From Bdellovibrionales bacterium (GTDB lineage Bacteria > Bdellovibrionota > Bdellovibrionia > Bdellovibrionales > UBA1609): a stretch of 64,000 nt of DNA. The position numbers and the translations under genes are program-made. The stretch spans positions 2,176,001 through 2,240,000 of the forward strand of contig CBDCMT010000001.1 in NCBI GenBank assembly GCA_965219095.1, read 5' to 3'. Positions 52,803 through 63,095 of this stretch are shown piece by piece. How positions within the stretch are numbered: the stretch's first letter is position 1; the number at the start of each line of letters is the position of its first letter. The notes below the pieces were generated by a model. That model searched no databases and was not told the origin of the DNA. It saw only the letters and a program-made list of their open reading frames with translations.

Positions 52803-54281
52803 ATGAAAATAATAGCTTACTTTATATTGGTGAAAGTCTTGTTTATACTTTCATTTTGTCTCGCTGAGGCAGAAAATATCGTCTCTATTTCCGTAGGAAC
52901 TACTTATGGTATTGGTACTTATGGTATTGCTGTGAAAAGCCATGCCTGTGCACTTTCTGAAATTGGACAGGTATGGTGTTGGGGATATGGACGTTATGGT
53001 CAGTTAGGATATGGAAAAAATAAGAATCGATCTTATCCTGTACTTGTGAGAACAAAGTCTGGAATGCCTTTAGAAAATGTCATCTTTATTTCTGCAGGAA
53101 GCAGACATACCTGTGCTGTTTTAAGAAATGGTGAGGCCTGGTGTTGGGGATATGGATATTATGGTCAGTTAGGAGATGGAAAAAATAAGAATCGATCTTA
53201 TCCTGTACTTGTGAAAACAAAGCCTGGAGTGCCTTTAGAAAAGGTCGTCTTTATTTCTGCAGGAGATGATCATACTTGTGCTGTTTTAAGAAATGGACAG
53301 GCACAGTGTTGGGGATATGGATATTATGGTCAGTTAGGAGATGGAAAAAATAAGAATCGATCTTTTCGATCTTATCCTGTGCTTGTGAAAACAAAGTCTG
53401 GAGTGCCTTTAGAAAATGTCATCTTTATTTCTGCAGGATACAATCATACTTGTGCTGTTTTAAGAAATGGTGAGGCCTGGTGTTGGGGATATGGATATTA
53501 TGGTCAGTTAGGAGATGGAAAAAATAAGAATCGATCTTATCCTGTACTTGTGAAAACACAGTCTGAAGTGCCTTTAGAAAAGGTCGTCTTTATTTCTGCA
53601 GGAGATGATCATACTTGTGCTGTTTTAAGAAATGGACAGGCACAGTGTTGGGGATATAATTTATTTGGTCAGTTAGGAGATGGAAAAAATAAGAATCGAT
53701 CTCATCCTGTGCTTGTGAAAACACAGTCTGGAGTGCCTTTAGAAAATGTCATCTTTATTTCTGCAGAAGAAGATGATCATACTTGTGCTGTTTTAAGAAA
53801 TAGAAAGGCAGAATGGGTACAGTGTTGGGGAAAAAACCAGTCTGTAAACAGCAATAATTATTTACGAAGGTTCAAACACCTAGATCCTGAACCTTTACAA
53901 GTAGATCAAAGCAATTATTTACGGAGGTTCAAACACCTAGATCCTGAGCCTTTACAAGTAGATCAAAGCAATTATTTACGGAGGTTCAAACACCTAGATC
54001 CTGAACCTTTACAAGTAGATCAAAGCAATTATTTACGGAGGTTCAAACACCTAGATCCTGAGCCTTTACAAGTAGATCAAAGCAATTATTTACGGAGGTT
54101 CAAACACCTAGATCCTGAGCCTTTACAAGTAGATCAAATATATCCTCCGTATCCTTTTATTATGATTTCTACAGGTACTAATTATACATGTGTGCTTTTA
54201 AATGGACAGGTACAGTGTTGGAAACATCAAAGTAAAGAAACTCCTATTCCTATGATTATGAAATTTAAGAAAAAGAATTAG
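52803..54281 (+). CDS. Secreted RCC1-repeat beta-propeller protein with an internal 19-aa tandem repeat
   Basis: Signal peptide; ~56-aa units HTCAVLRNG..CWG..YGQLGDG; 5x NYLRRFKHLDPEPLQVDQ(S). Confidence 0.9.
   Translation: MKIIAYFILVKVLFILSFCLAEAENIVSISVGTTYGIGTYGIAVKSHACALSEIGQVWCWGYGRYGQLGYGKNKNRSYPVLVRTKSGMPLENVIFISAGSRHTCAVLRNGEAWCWGYGYYGQLGDGKNKNRSYPVLVKTKPGVPLEKVVFISAGDDHTCAVLRNGQAQCWGYGYYGQLGDGKNKNRSFRSYPVLVKTKSGVPLENVIFISAGYNHTCAVLRNGEAWCWGYGYYGQLGDGKNKNRSYPVLVKTQSEVPLEKVVFISAGDDHTCAVLRNGQAQCWGYNLFGQLGDGKNKNRSHPVLVKTQSGVPLENVIFISAEEDDHTCAVLRNRKAEWVQCWGKNQSVNSNNYLRRFKHLDPEPLQVDQSNYLRRFKHLDPEPLQVDQSNYLRRFKHLDPEPLQVDQSNYLRRFKHLDPEPLQVDQSNYLRRFKHLDPEPLQVDQIYPPYPFIMISTGTNYTCVLLNGQVQCWKHQSKETPIPMIMKFKKKN
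53856..54138 (+). repeat. 57-bp tandem repeat, ~5 copies, in frame
   Basis: AATTATTTACGRAGGTTCAAACACCTAGATCCTGARCCTTTACAAGTAGATCAAAGC; only synonymous variants. Confidence 0.97.
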
Positions 54282-54679
54282 TATGAGTTGTAAAATAAGG
54301 GAGTAATTTTTAGGGCCTGAATTTACAGGCTCATAAAGTGCAAAAACTAGTTACACAATTTATTTACAGGCTCTTACAGATCAAAATTGAGCTAATGAAG
54401 CCTTCAGAAAAAATTTGTAGTGTATAAATTTAAGCACGAATTCAGGTAAATTAAGAAGCCTTGAACATTCCTTTAGGAGAGTGCCAACTCAGTCGTTTTT
54501 CTGATGAAGAGAGCAAATAGAATCAATGAGAGAAAAGGTAATGTGTTTTAACACCAATTACAAAAATTAATTCGACATTTTTTTTCTAAATCATTGAATG
54601 TGTAATGGTCTAAGAATATTTTGCTATGAAAGTTTTAAAATCTTCCTTGAGAGAGGTGTTTGAGTTTTCATAAAATATG

Positions 54680-55681
54680 GTAACTGCTCACTCTCGTAAG
54701 TTTTTATTTAAAGCCATAGAGATGGCTTCTAAAGAAGAATACCCTTTATTTCTCATTGTTTTAACATAGCTGGTAATGCGACAAAAATATTTCGCCATTT
54801 CTTCTGTTCTGAAACACCCTGACACTTTCTTTTTCACTTTAGTCATTCTTAGATCTCTTTCAACTCTGTTATTAGTGGGATCTACGTTCTTTCTTTTAGC
54901 AAAACACAATATTTCTGCTTCATACTTTTTAAATCGCAGCCAAAGGTTTTGAGCTTGTGTGTGCTTTAGTCGTCCTTTCTTGCCATTTTTTTTAGGAAAT
55001 TCTGGAAGCTCTTTTAAGCCTTTTGTAAGAATACTCCTATACCTTCTCTGAAGAGTTTCGTACTCTTTTTGAGTCAGAACTCTTGACTCTTTTTTATGAA
55101 CTAACTCCACAGTCTCTTTAAGAAGTTTTTTGAGATTTGTAGCCCATTTGAATCCATTGCTTTCTTCTATAAATTTAAGCTCTCTCAAAAGGTGAGCCAC
55201 ACACAAAGCATGAGTTATCTTATCATAACAAAAGTAAGGACTCCAACAATCATGCACAAGCACTCCTCCATATCTATCCAAGAGACCAATATCTTTTATG
55301 GCTTCCCTTCCACCTGAAAGGTGGAGAAACTGCAAGACTAATTCTCCTGAACTATAAGTATGAATCCAGTAGTTTTTACCCTTAACCCTCATAGAGGTCT
55401 CATCAACATGAATGACCTCTGATTCAAGTATCTTTTCTTTCATCTGCTCTTCCCAACTTTTAAGAAACTCTCCTAATTCAGCAATGTATCTCAACATAAC
55501 TGCAGGAGAAATCATTCGACCTATAAGCCCCATGTAATGTTCCCCAACACGTTGAAAAGACAGCATCTGAACTATAATGAAATTGATGATGGAAGCTCTA
55601 ATGCCTATACCATACTGAAGAGGACCACTCATACCTTTAGGGAATTGACCTTTATTTCTAGCTCCACATGAGGGACAATCT
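54680..55681 (-). mobile_element. IS66-family partial copy (right end plus 3' part of the transposase)
   Basis: TIR GTAACTGCTCAC; ORF 54688-55632 with PTNN..ERDLR. Confidence 0.92.
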
Positions 55682-55699
55682 CCGTTTCTTTACATTAAT

Positions 55700-55946
55700 T
55701 TTTTAGGAAGAATCATACAAATGGAAGTTGTAGGTCAAAAGGTCGCTTAAGTCTTTGTTATATTTTCTTGAGGATCGAAAAAAAAGAGGTGCAAGCAGTT
55801 TGAAATTCATCAAATGTTTCATAGTATCTGTTGTAAAGAACTTTTTTCTTGAAAAACTTCCAATATCGCTCTAGTGGATTAAGATTAGGGCTGTAAGCTA
55901 GCAAAAAAAAAGTAACGTTATTTAGCTTTTTAGATGTCTTCTTCAT
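55700..55946 (-). pseudogene. IS630-type transposase relic (different subfamily)
   Basis: AYSPNLNPLERYWKFFKKKVLYNRYY. Confidence 0.8.
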
Positions 55947-56797
55947 TAAATCTGACTAATGAGTTCATGCTTGATCTAATACAACTACCACAAAACAAAG
56001 CAAAACAAAAAAAACAACGAAGTAAAACAGATATAAAAAACTCAAAATAAGGCATTAGAATCTAACGATGGAAAAAAATTTCACTAGACTTTTGTCTAGA
56101 TTTTTATTCTGCTTTAAATCGTTTATAAAAGAGTTTCACCATAGAAACCCTGAATCACATACTCGATCCACTTTCTTTAATTCATTTAAAAGATTAATAA
56201 GGTAGAGGCGTCTATCTAATTGTTGCACAAAAACAACACTTTTATATAGCATGTCAAGTTTATGACAGAAGGCCCCTTCTTGTTCTTTTAAAACCTCTTA
56301 AAAACTGTACAAAAGGAGTTTCTTAAGTGAATTTTAAGTATGATTTTATTTCACACATAGAAGGAATATTTTTTAAATTCTGCTTTCCTTAACTTTTTAA
56401 TGATGTTTTAGCTAAAAAATAGAGAAATAAGAGATAATATGTAGCCTAAAATTATAAATAAAAAAAAAAAAGAGATGTAACAAGCTAAAAAGATAAAAAA
56501 AGCTACTTGAGAAAAGCCAATTTTTGTCAATTGATCTGAATAAAGTAAGTTTTTTTTAAAGTTTTTTGAAAAGAATCCATAAAAAATCCAAAAATAGGAT
56601 AATAAAAGACAAATTTAAGACAATCTTTTGACTTAAAAGCATAAAAAAAATTATATGCAAAAAACAATCTAAAAGAATTCAAAAAAAACTTAAAGAAAAG
56701 TTTATTATTGACGAAACGTATAAAAAGAGGTAAACATATTAATAGGATATAATAAAAGTAAATAGATAAAAAAATATAAAAATCCAAGGAGGTTAAA

Positions 56798-57046
56798 ATG
56801 GCAAGAAAAAGAAAAACAACTGCTAAGAAAAAGACAACTCGTCGCCGCAGAAAAAGAAAAACAACTGCTAAGAAAAAGACAACTCGTCGTCGCAGAAAAA
56901 GAAAAACAACTGCTAAGAAAAAGACAACTCGTCGTCGTAGAAAAAGAAAAACAACTGCTAAGAAAAAGACAACTCGTCGCCGCAGAAAAAGAAAAACAAC
57001 TGCTAAGAAAAAGACAACTCGTCGCCGCAAAAGAAGAAAGAAGTAA
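56798..57046 (+). CDS. Protamine/histone-H1-like basic repeat protein
   Basis: MA-(RKRKTTAKKKTTRRR)x5-KRRKK; RBS AAGGAGG; synonymous-only variation; downstream terminator. Confidence 0.85.
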   Translation: MARKRKTTAKKKTTRRRRKRKTTAKKKTTRRRRKRKTTAKKKTTRRRRKRKTTAKKKTTRRRRKRKTTAKKKTTRRRKRRKK

Positions 57047-57060
57047 CTTTTTTCCTTTTC

Positions 57061-57095
57061 AAAGCCTCTGCTTTATGGAAAGTAGAGGCTTTTTT
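57061..57095 (+). terminator. Rho-independent terminator
   Basis: AAAGCCTCTGCTTT-ATGG-AAAGTAGAGGCTTT followed by T-run. Confidence 0.85.
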
Positions 57096-57192
57096 ACACC
57101 TTAAAAATCTTGATTTGCTCTGTCATACTGGCCACACTTTAAAAATCCCTTTTTCTAGCGAGATAAAAAGGAGTTTTGAAACACGATTAGTA

Positions 57193-57220
57193 TATAGTGC
57201 TTCCGTTTAGGTTTTCAGTT
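57193..57220 (-). mobile_element. Solo IS630 terminal repeat
   Basis: TATAGTGCTTCCGTTTAGGTTTTCAGTT. Confidence 0.8.
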
Positions 57221-57370
57221 TTTTTTCTCTAGAGAGATCGACAGGAAAATCTAAGCGTATTCACTATATGTATGAAAAATTTTCCATTTTATGGTTTTAT
57301 TCTCTCCTTGTACTCGTCAAAGTACAGCCCTTTATGTCTCTAGATTAGCTCTTTTTGATAAAAGTTTTTA

Positions 57371-58903
57371 GTAACTGCTCACCTACATTGTTCAGTTATC
57401 CCTAACTTTAGACCTATTTTAAGATAAAAGTCTTGCTCTTACAGATTTTCTTTTAAATACTTTTTTCAAATGACAATAAATAAGACCTCCATCAGAAATG
57501 AGATTGAAAATATAAGAAGTGACTTTGATAAGTTTGCAAAGAAAGGTTCTGTGCCTACTGAGATTTCTGTGGTTTTTGAATCTCTCTTTAAGGTTGTGAA
57601 CATTCTGATTGTTGTGTTTTTAGAAAAACAGGTTCGAAAAAATTCCAGCAACAGCGGTCTTCCTCCTTCGCAAGATTTTAGTCGTCAAGGGAATCGTAAT
57701 AAGAAAGCTAGTGGGAGTCAGAAAAAGGGCTCTAGACTTGATAACAGTAAAGATACAAACAGTGAGGAGACTGTCTCTCCCTCAGAGTGTTCTCAGTGTG
57801 GGATGTGTTTAAAGACAGCAGAGGTAAAAAGCCTTGAGAAGCGTAAAAAGATTGATATTTTTTATGAAATTCAGACCCATACTGTAACTTCTGAAGTTAA
57901 GGATTGTCCCTCATGTGGAGCTAGAAATAAAGGTCAATTCCCTAAAGGTATGAGTGGTCCTCTTCAGTATGGTATAGGCATTAGAGCTTCCATCATCAAT
58001 TTCATTATAGTTCAGATGCTGTCTTTTAGAGCGTGTTGGGGAACATTACATGGGGCTTATAGGTCGAATGATTTCTCCTGCAGTTATGTTGAGATACATT
58101 GCTGAATTAGGAGAGTTTCTTAAAAGTTGGGAAGAGTAGATGAAAGAAAAGATACTTGAATCAGAGGTCATTCATGTTGATGAGACCTCTATGAGGGTTA
58201 AGGGTAAAAACTACTGGATTCATACTTATAGTTCAGGAGAATTAGTCTTGCAGTTTCTCCACCTTTCAGGTGGAAGGGAAGCCATAAAAGATATTGGTCT
58301 CTTGGATAGATATGGAGGAGTGCTTGTGCATGATTGTTGGAGTCCTTACTTTTGTTATGATAAGATAACTCATGCTTTGTGTGTGGCTCACCTTTTGAGA
58401 GAGCTTAAATTTATAGAAGAAAGCAATGGATTCAAATGGGCTACAAATCTCAAAAAACTTCTTAAAGAGACTGTGGAGCTAGTTCATAAAAAAGAGTCAA
58501 GAGTTCTGACTCAAAAAGAGTACGAAACTCTTCAGAGAAGGTATAGGAGTATTCTTACAAAAGGCTTAAAAGAGCTTCCAGAATTTCCTAAGAAAAATGG
58601 CAAGAAAGGACGAATAAAGCATACACAAGCTCAAAACCTTTGGCTGCGATTTAAAAAGTATGAAGCAGAAATACTGTGCTTTGCTAAAAGAAAGAACGTA
58701 GATCCTACTAATAACAGAGCTGAAAGAGATCTAAGAATGACTAAGGTGAAAAAGAAAGTGTCAGGGTGTTTCAGAACAGAAGAAATGGCGAAATATTTTT
58801 GTCGTATTACCAGCTATGTTAAAACAATGAGAAATAGAGGGTATTCTTCTTTAGAAGCCATCTCTATGGCTTTAAATAAAAACTTACGAGAGTGAGCAGT
58901 TAC
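57371..58903 (+). mobile_element. IS66-family single-ORF (ISBst12-type) element, full length, inactivated
   Basis: TIRs GTAACTGCTCAC/GTGAGCAGTTAC, 8-bp duplication AGTTTTTA; frameshift near 58028 and TAG at 58137. Confidence 0.95.
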
Positions 58904-59043
58904 AGTTTTTATAGCTTGCCAAAAAAAGAGAATTTTATTACAAGTTGTCATTTACTATGAAAGATACAAAATGGAGCTTCTAATTGTGTTGCGTAAAAAG
59001 AATGGAACATTTTACTAAAGGGGTAGCCTAAGGAGAGTCATTT

Positions 59044-59856
59044 ATGGAAACTTTAGTTAAAAAGTGGCTGGACCAAACGCTTATGAGTTTTTTTTCTTCA
59101 AGACATAAAAAGAAAAAACTTTTATATAGCATCCTTCCCCATCTTTCTATGGAAGCTATGACTAAGTATTTAAGGCTTGAAGTGGAGGGGGTTGAGAACT
59201 TACCTCAAAAAGGGGCCTTGATCATTCCTAACCATGCAGGTTTTTTTGGCCTAGATGCTATGATATTAGCTCATGAACTTCCTAAACACACCCTTATGAA
59301 CACAAAAATTTTGACTCATAGGTTATGGTTTGCTTTGGATTTTTTAGGAAAAAATGCTAAAAAATTAGGTTTTATTGAAGCGACAAAAACTAAGGGAACT
59401 TACGAGCTTAAAAAAAATCATTTTGTGGTTTTGTTTCCAGAAGGTGAAGAGGGTAATTTTAAACCTTCCCATAAAGCTTACAAACTTCAAGAGTTTAAAA
59501 GAGGCTTTGTTCGTATGGCTTTTGAAACAGGAGTCCCCATTGTTCCCACAGTGATGATGGGTGCAGAGGAGACTCACATCAACTTACATCAAATTAAAGT
59601 GAAGAACATGAAACTTCCTCTGCCCTTAAACTTTTTTCCCCTTCCTGTTTTTTGGAAAATTTGCTTTTTAAAACCTATCCACTTTCCCTATAATCCTAAG
59701 TTAGCCAGCCATAAAGAAGAAGTATATAAAGCTACACGTCATGTGAAACACTTAATTCAAAATGCTATTGATAAAGAGCTTGAAAATCGTCCAGGTATTT
59801 TCATAAAAAGACCTCCGTTTCTTAAAAAACTTATGAAAAAATACACACGGTTTTAG
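59044..59856 (+). CDS. Lysophospholipid acyltransferase (PlsC superfamily)
   Basis: NHAGFFGLD (HX4-5D), VLFPEG, GFVRMA..TGVPIVP. Confidence 0.9.
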   Translation: METLVKKWLDQTLMSFFSSRHKKKKLLYSILPHLSMEAMTKYLRLEVEGVENLPQKGALIIPNHAGFFGLDAMILAHELPKHTLMNTKILTHRLWFALDFLGKNAKKLGFIEATKTKGTYELKKNHFVVLFPEGEEGNFKPSHKAYKLQEFKRGFVRMAFETGVPIVPTVMMGAEETHINLHQIKVKNMKLPLPLNFFPLPVFWKICFLKPIHFPYNPKLASHKEEVYKATRHVKHLIQNAIDKELENRPGIFIKRPPFLKKLMKKYTRF

Positions 59857-60007
59857 GTCCATTTCTCTTGTTGAGTAAAAAGTACAATAGAGGTTTGTCT
59901 TACTACTTGAGATTGTCTGTAAAGTCGTTAGGATTTGAAGAAGGGGCTCCCCTGAGGTAAATTTGGGTTTGTATGTTTTCTTTGCAACTCGCAAGTTGTT
60001 TTTCCTT

Positions 60008-60078
60008 GTAAGTCGGTTTCTTAACAGCCCTTGACATCCTCCTCGTAGGAGTCAAGGGCTGTTAAGAAACCGACTTAC
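60008..60078. repeat. Perfect 28-bp inverted repeat (hairpin)
   Basis: GTAAGTCGGTTTCTTAACAGCCCTTGAC-15 nt-GTCAAGGGCTGTTAAGAAACCGACTTAC. Confidence 0.95.
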
Positions 60079-60142
60079 TAAGTATGAGCATTAAAAAATC
60101 TTTATTTTTAGCCCTCTTTACATGTTAAAATAGAACTTAAGT

Positions 60143-60844
60143 ATGAGGTTTTTGATTCTTTTTTTTCTTATCTTTCTTCCCATCCTCTTAGAGGCTTGTG
60201 ATGAAGAAAACCCCTTTTCAAAACTTAATCCCATAGCAACCCTTTTCTGTCCTCAACCGCCCTGTCTTTTTTTCAACACCCCTGTTGATGAAACCATCAG
60301 AAATGCAACTGTAAGAGTAGAAACAGCAGGCACTTGTTCAGGGCTTGTGATAAGGCTTAAAAGAGGAGAAAAAAAGTGTAAAGACCCTCTTCTTCTCACA
60401 GCAGGTCATTGTGTGGCACATGAGAAGGATTTTAAACTCATTATGCTTAGTAATTATAAAGGCGTTTTTTATATTCCAAGAAAGAAGGTCTCCTCTCTTC
60501 AAGAAAAGTGTCTTAAGCCTCACAACTGTCTTGTGAGTCCTGATTATGTTCTGGAGGATAAATTTCATCATTCAGGAGTGGATCAAGCCCTGATTCCTAT
60601 GCCGATACGATACCGCAAAAAAGGCAATATCCCTGCTTTTGAGATCGATATAGAAAGGGTAGCAAATAAAGAAGACTTAGATTCCTGCTTTAAAGACCCC
60701 TATCTTCAAGCAAGAGTTACTTCAGTTTTAACAAAACCTCATTTAAAAAAGATGAAAAAAAATGAACCCAAAGCTATAAAAATCGCCTTATATCATAACC
60801 TTGGAAAACTGCCAGAACCTCCGGGAACCCACAGATTCTTTTGA
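60143..60844 (+). pseudogene. Trypsin-like (S1) protease lipoprotein, truncated and fused to the ISL3 3' end (60770-60850)
   Basis: LEAC lipobox, CSG, LTAGHC, DQAL; no GDSGG; tail identical to the ISL3 transposase C-terminus. Confidence 0.8.
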
Positions 60845-60853
60845 GGAGGCTAC

Positions 60854-61693
60854 TTAATTAAACGCACCCATTGCTTCAAATTTTTTTCTATTTTCTTTGC
60901 GAAGTTTACTTGGTATACCAACAGCTTTATTTACAGATAGTACAATTTTATGAAAATTCCTATCCTCAGAAATGACTTTTATAACATTTAAAACCTTTTC
61001 ATCAGAGGTAATAACTTTAATTTGGTTGATTCCTATTTTATCAATATGGTCTTTCATGCTATAATCAATAAAGATTCGATCTTCTGTAAGAAAGCTTCCA
61101 AGTGCAGTTTCTTTTCCTATTTTTACAATAACAAGGGATTCAATTTTTAAAGTTTTTCTAAAGGGCTTGGGAAGTTGGGATATGAACTGTTTAAGCTCTT
61201 TTGTACTTCCTGGTGGTTGATTTTTTTCTTCCATAACAAAGGCAGAGTACACAGAGCCGCATATGGTAAAAGCAATAGATAAATAAAAAAGCCCTCTTGA
61301 AACTTCAAAATCATCAGTCTCTCCAAATTCATTAGATCCTTTATCTCCTTGTTTAAATGCCATATAGATCCAAAAAAAGCCACCTAAAATGGGAATGAAA
61401 AAAAGTAGAGAAAACCAACCACTCATATTAATATCATGCAATCTTTTTATAGTAAGCATTAGGCTAAAAATAGTAAAAACAGCTAAAATAATAAGAAATT
61501 TTACAGATAATAAGGCAGGTGTCGTGAAAGGAATTGTTTTTAAAATAATTAAAAAAACGAGAACAAGAGCAGCTATACCCACAAAATACATTTGAGAAGA
61601 GATTCTTCCTTTAAAAGATAAGTAAAGGTTCTTTATATCCTCTATGGTAATACCCATGTTATTCTTATACTCTGATTGCACTTCAAACTCCAC
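60854..61693 (-). CDS. DUF805-domain membrane protein with C-terminal extension (start probably 61657)
   Basis: FKGRI, KRLHDINMSGW, GDKGSNEFG. Confidence 0.85.
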   Translation of the reverse strand: MEFEVQSEYKNNMGITIEDIKNLYLSFKGRISSQMYFVGIAALVLVFLIILKTIPFTTPALLSVKFLIILAVFTIFSLMLTIKRLHDINMSGWFSLLFFIPILGGFFWIYMAFKQGDKGSNEFGETDDFEVSRGLFYLSIAFTICGSVYSAFVMEEKNQPPGSTKELKQFISQLPKPFRKTLKIESLVIVKIGKETALGSFLTEDRIFIDYSMKDHIDKIGINQIKVITSDEKVLNVIKVISEDRNFHKIVLSVNKAVGIPSKLRKENRKKFEAMGAFN

Positions 61694-62131
61694 ACGTTAT
61701 TTTTTTAACTCGAGTTTCGACTTGTTTTCAGGGCTAAAGGTTAGTTGATATAAACAAACACCTCAGGCCTTTATAAGATTTTCTTAAAGAAACAACTTAC
61801 AAGGAAAAACAACTTGCGAGTTGCAAAGAAAACATACAAACCCAAGTTTAGCTCAGGGGAGCCCTTTCTGAAAGTCTAACGGGATTACGGACATCCTCAG
61901 AAGTCTTCTTAGAATTTTTAGCAATTTTTTTGAATTTTTTAGAAAAAATACTTGCACTGGATAATTGTAGTTGGGATTTATGACACTTATTGACATATTC
62001 TCCTTAAACGCTTTTCAAAGCAAAAAAACCTTTTTGGTTAATGATGTGTTTGGTTTTTTTGTATTGTCTTAAGCTGTTTTTTGATTTAAAAGTACTTATG
62101 TAATAAAACATGAAAGGACTTTAAGATAGTT

Positions 62132-63076
62132 ATGAAGTACAGAAGAAAAAAAATATCAGTTATAGGTGCAGGATTTGTAGGTTCTACTTGTGCCCATTGG
62201 GCTAGTCAACAAGAACTTGGTGATGTAGTACTTTTGGATATCAATGAAGGGGTGGCAAAAGGTAAGGCTTTAGATCTTTTCCAAGCTTCTCCTATAGCAT
62301 ATTTTGATGCTAAAGTTTCTGGAACCTCAGACTACTCTGAAACGAAAGGCTCTGATTTGGTGATCATTACAGCCGGTCAACCTAGAAAACCAGGCATGAG
62401 TCGTGATGATTTGCTTTTAGCAAATGCCCGTATTGTGAAGTCAGTTTGTAAGGGAGTCGAGTCTTATTGTAAGGATGCTATTTTTATTATTGTGAGTAAC
62501 CCTTTAGATATTATGGCCTTAGTAGCTAAAGAAGCTTTAAATCTTCCGAGAGAAAGGATTATAGGCATGGCTGGGGTTTTAGATAGTGCACGTTTTAGAA
62601 GTTTTATTGCAGAAGAAACGGGTATAAGTGTAAAAGACATACAAGCATTTGTTTTAGGTAGTCATGGGGACGGGATGGTTCCTGTAGTTCGTTACTGTTC
62701 TGTTGGAGGAGTTCCTTTGAAAAATTTCCTGACAGAGGAAAAGATAGAAGAAATTGTGGAAAAGACACGTAAAGGAGGAGAGGAAATTGTGAGACACTTA
62801 AAAACAGGATCAGCTTACTATGCTCCATCGGCAAGTGTAGTGCAAATGGCTGAAGCAATTTTAAAAGATCAACATAGAGTGCTTCCTTGTGCAGCCTTTT
62901 TAGATGGTGAATACGGTGTGAACAATATGTTTATGGGTGTGTTATGTCAGATAGGAGGAAAGGGCTTAGAAAGAATCATTCCTTTAGACTTTAATCAAAA
63001 AGAACAATATTATTGGGAAAACTCTGTAGCTGGTATCAAATCTTTAGTAAAGAGTTTAAAAAAATTAAAGTATTAA
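62132..63076 (+). CDS. mdh: Malate dehydrogenase (LDH-like)
   Basis: GAGFVG, RKPGMSRDDL, NPLD, LDSARF, GSAYYAP. Confidence 0.97.
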   Translation: MKYRRKKISVIGAGFVGSTCAHWASQQELGDVVLLDINEGVAKGKALDLFQASPIAYFDAKVSGTSDYSETKGSDLVIITAGQPRKPGMSRDDLLLANARIVKSVCKGVESYCKDAIFIIVSNPLDIMALVAKEALNLPRERIIGMAGVLDSARFRSFIAEETGISVKDIQAFVLGSHGDGMVPVVRYCSVGGVPLKNFLTEEKIEEIVEKTRKGGEEIVRHLKTGSAYYAPSASVVQMAEAILKDQHRVLPCAAFLDGEYGVNNMFMGVLCQIGGKGLERIIPLDFNQKEQYYWENSVAGIKSLVKSLKKLKY

Positions 63077-63095
63077 AGAAAGTTAGAATGTTAAA

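Noticed and set aside
53856..54138. 57-bp repeats as a CRISPR array
   Set aside because: Head-to-tail with no unique spacers, in frame within a CDS, and no cas genes
53850..54138. FMRFamide-type neuropeptide mimicry (NYLR.F)
   Set aside because: The sequence is YLRRF and lacks the Gly-Lys/Arg amidation signal; resemblance is superficial
56527..57030. 167-aa minus-strand ORF of RRRVVFFLAVVFLFL repeats
   Set aside because: Antisense shadow; the RBS and terminator support the + strand gene
59752..59994. 80-aa minus-strand ORF
   Set aside because: It lies across a repeat whose second copy has a stop in this frame, and it overlaps the acyltransferase antisense
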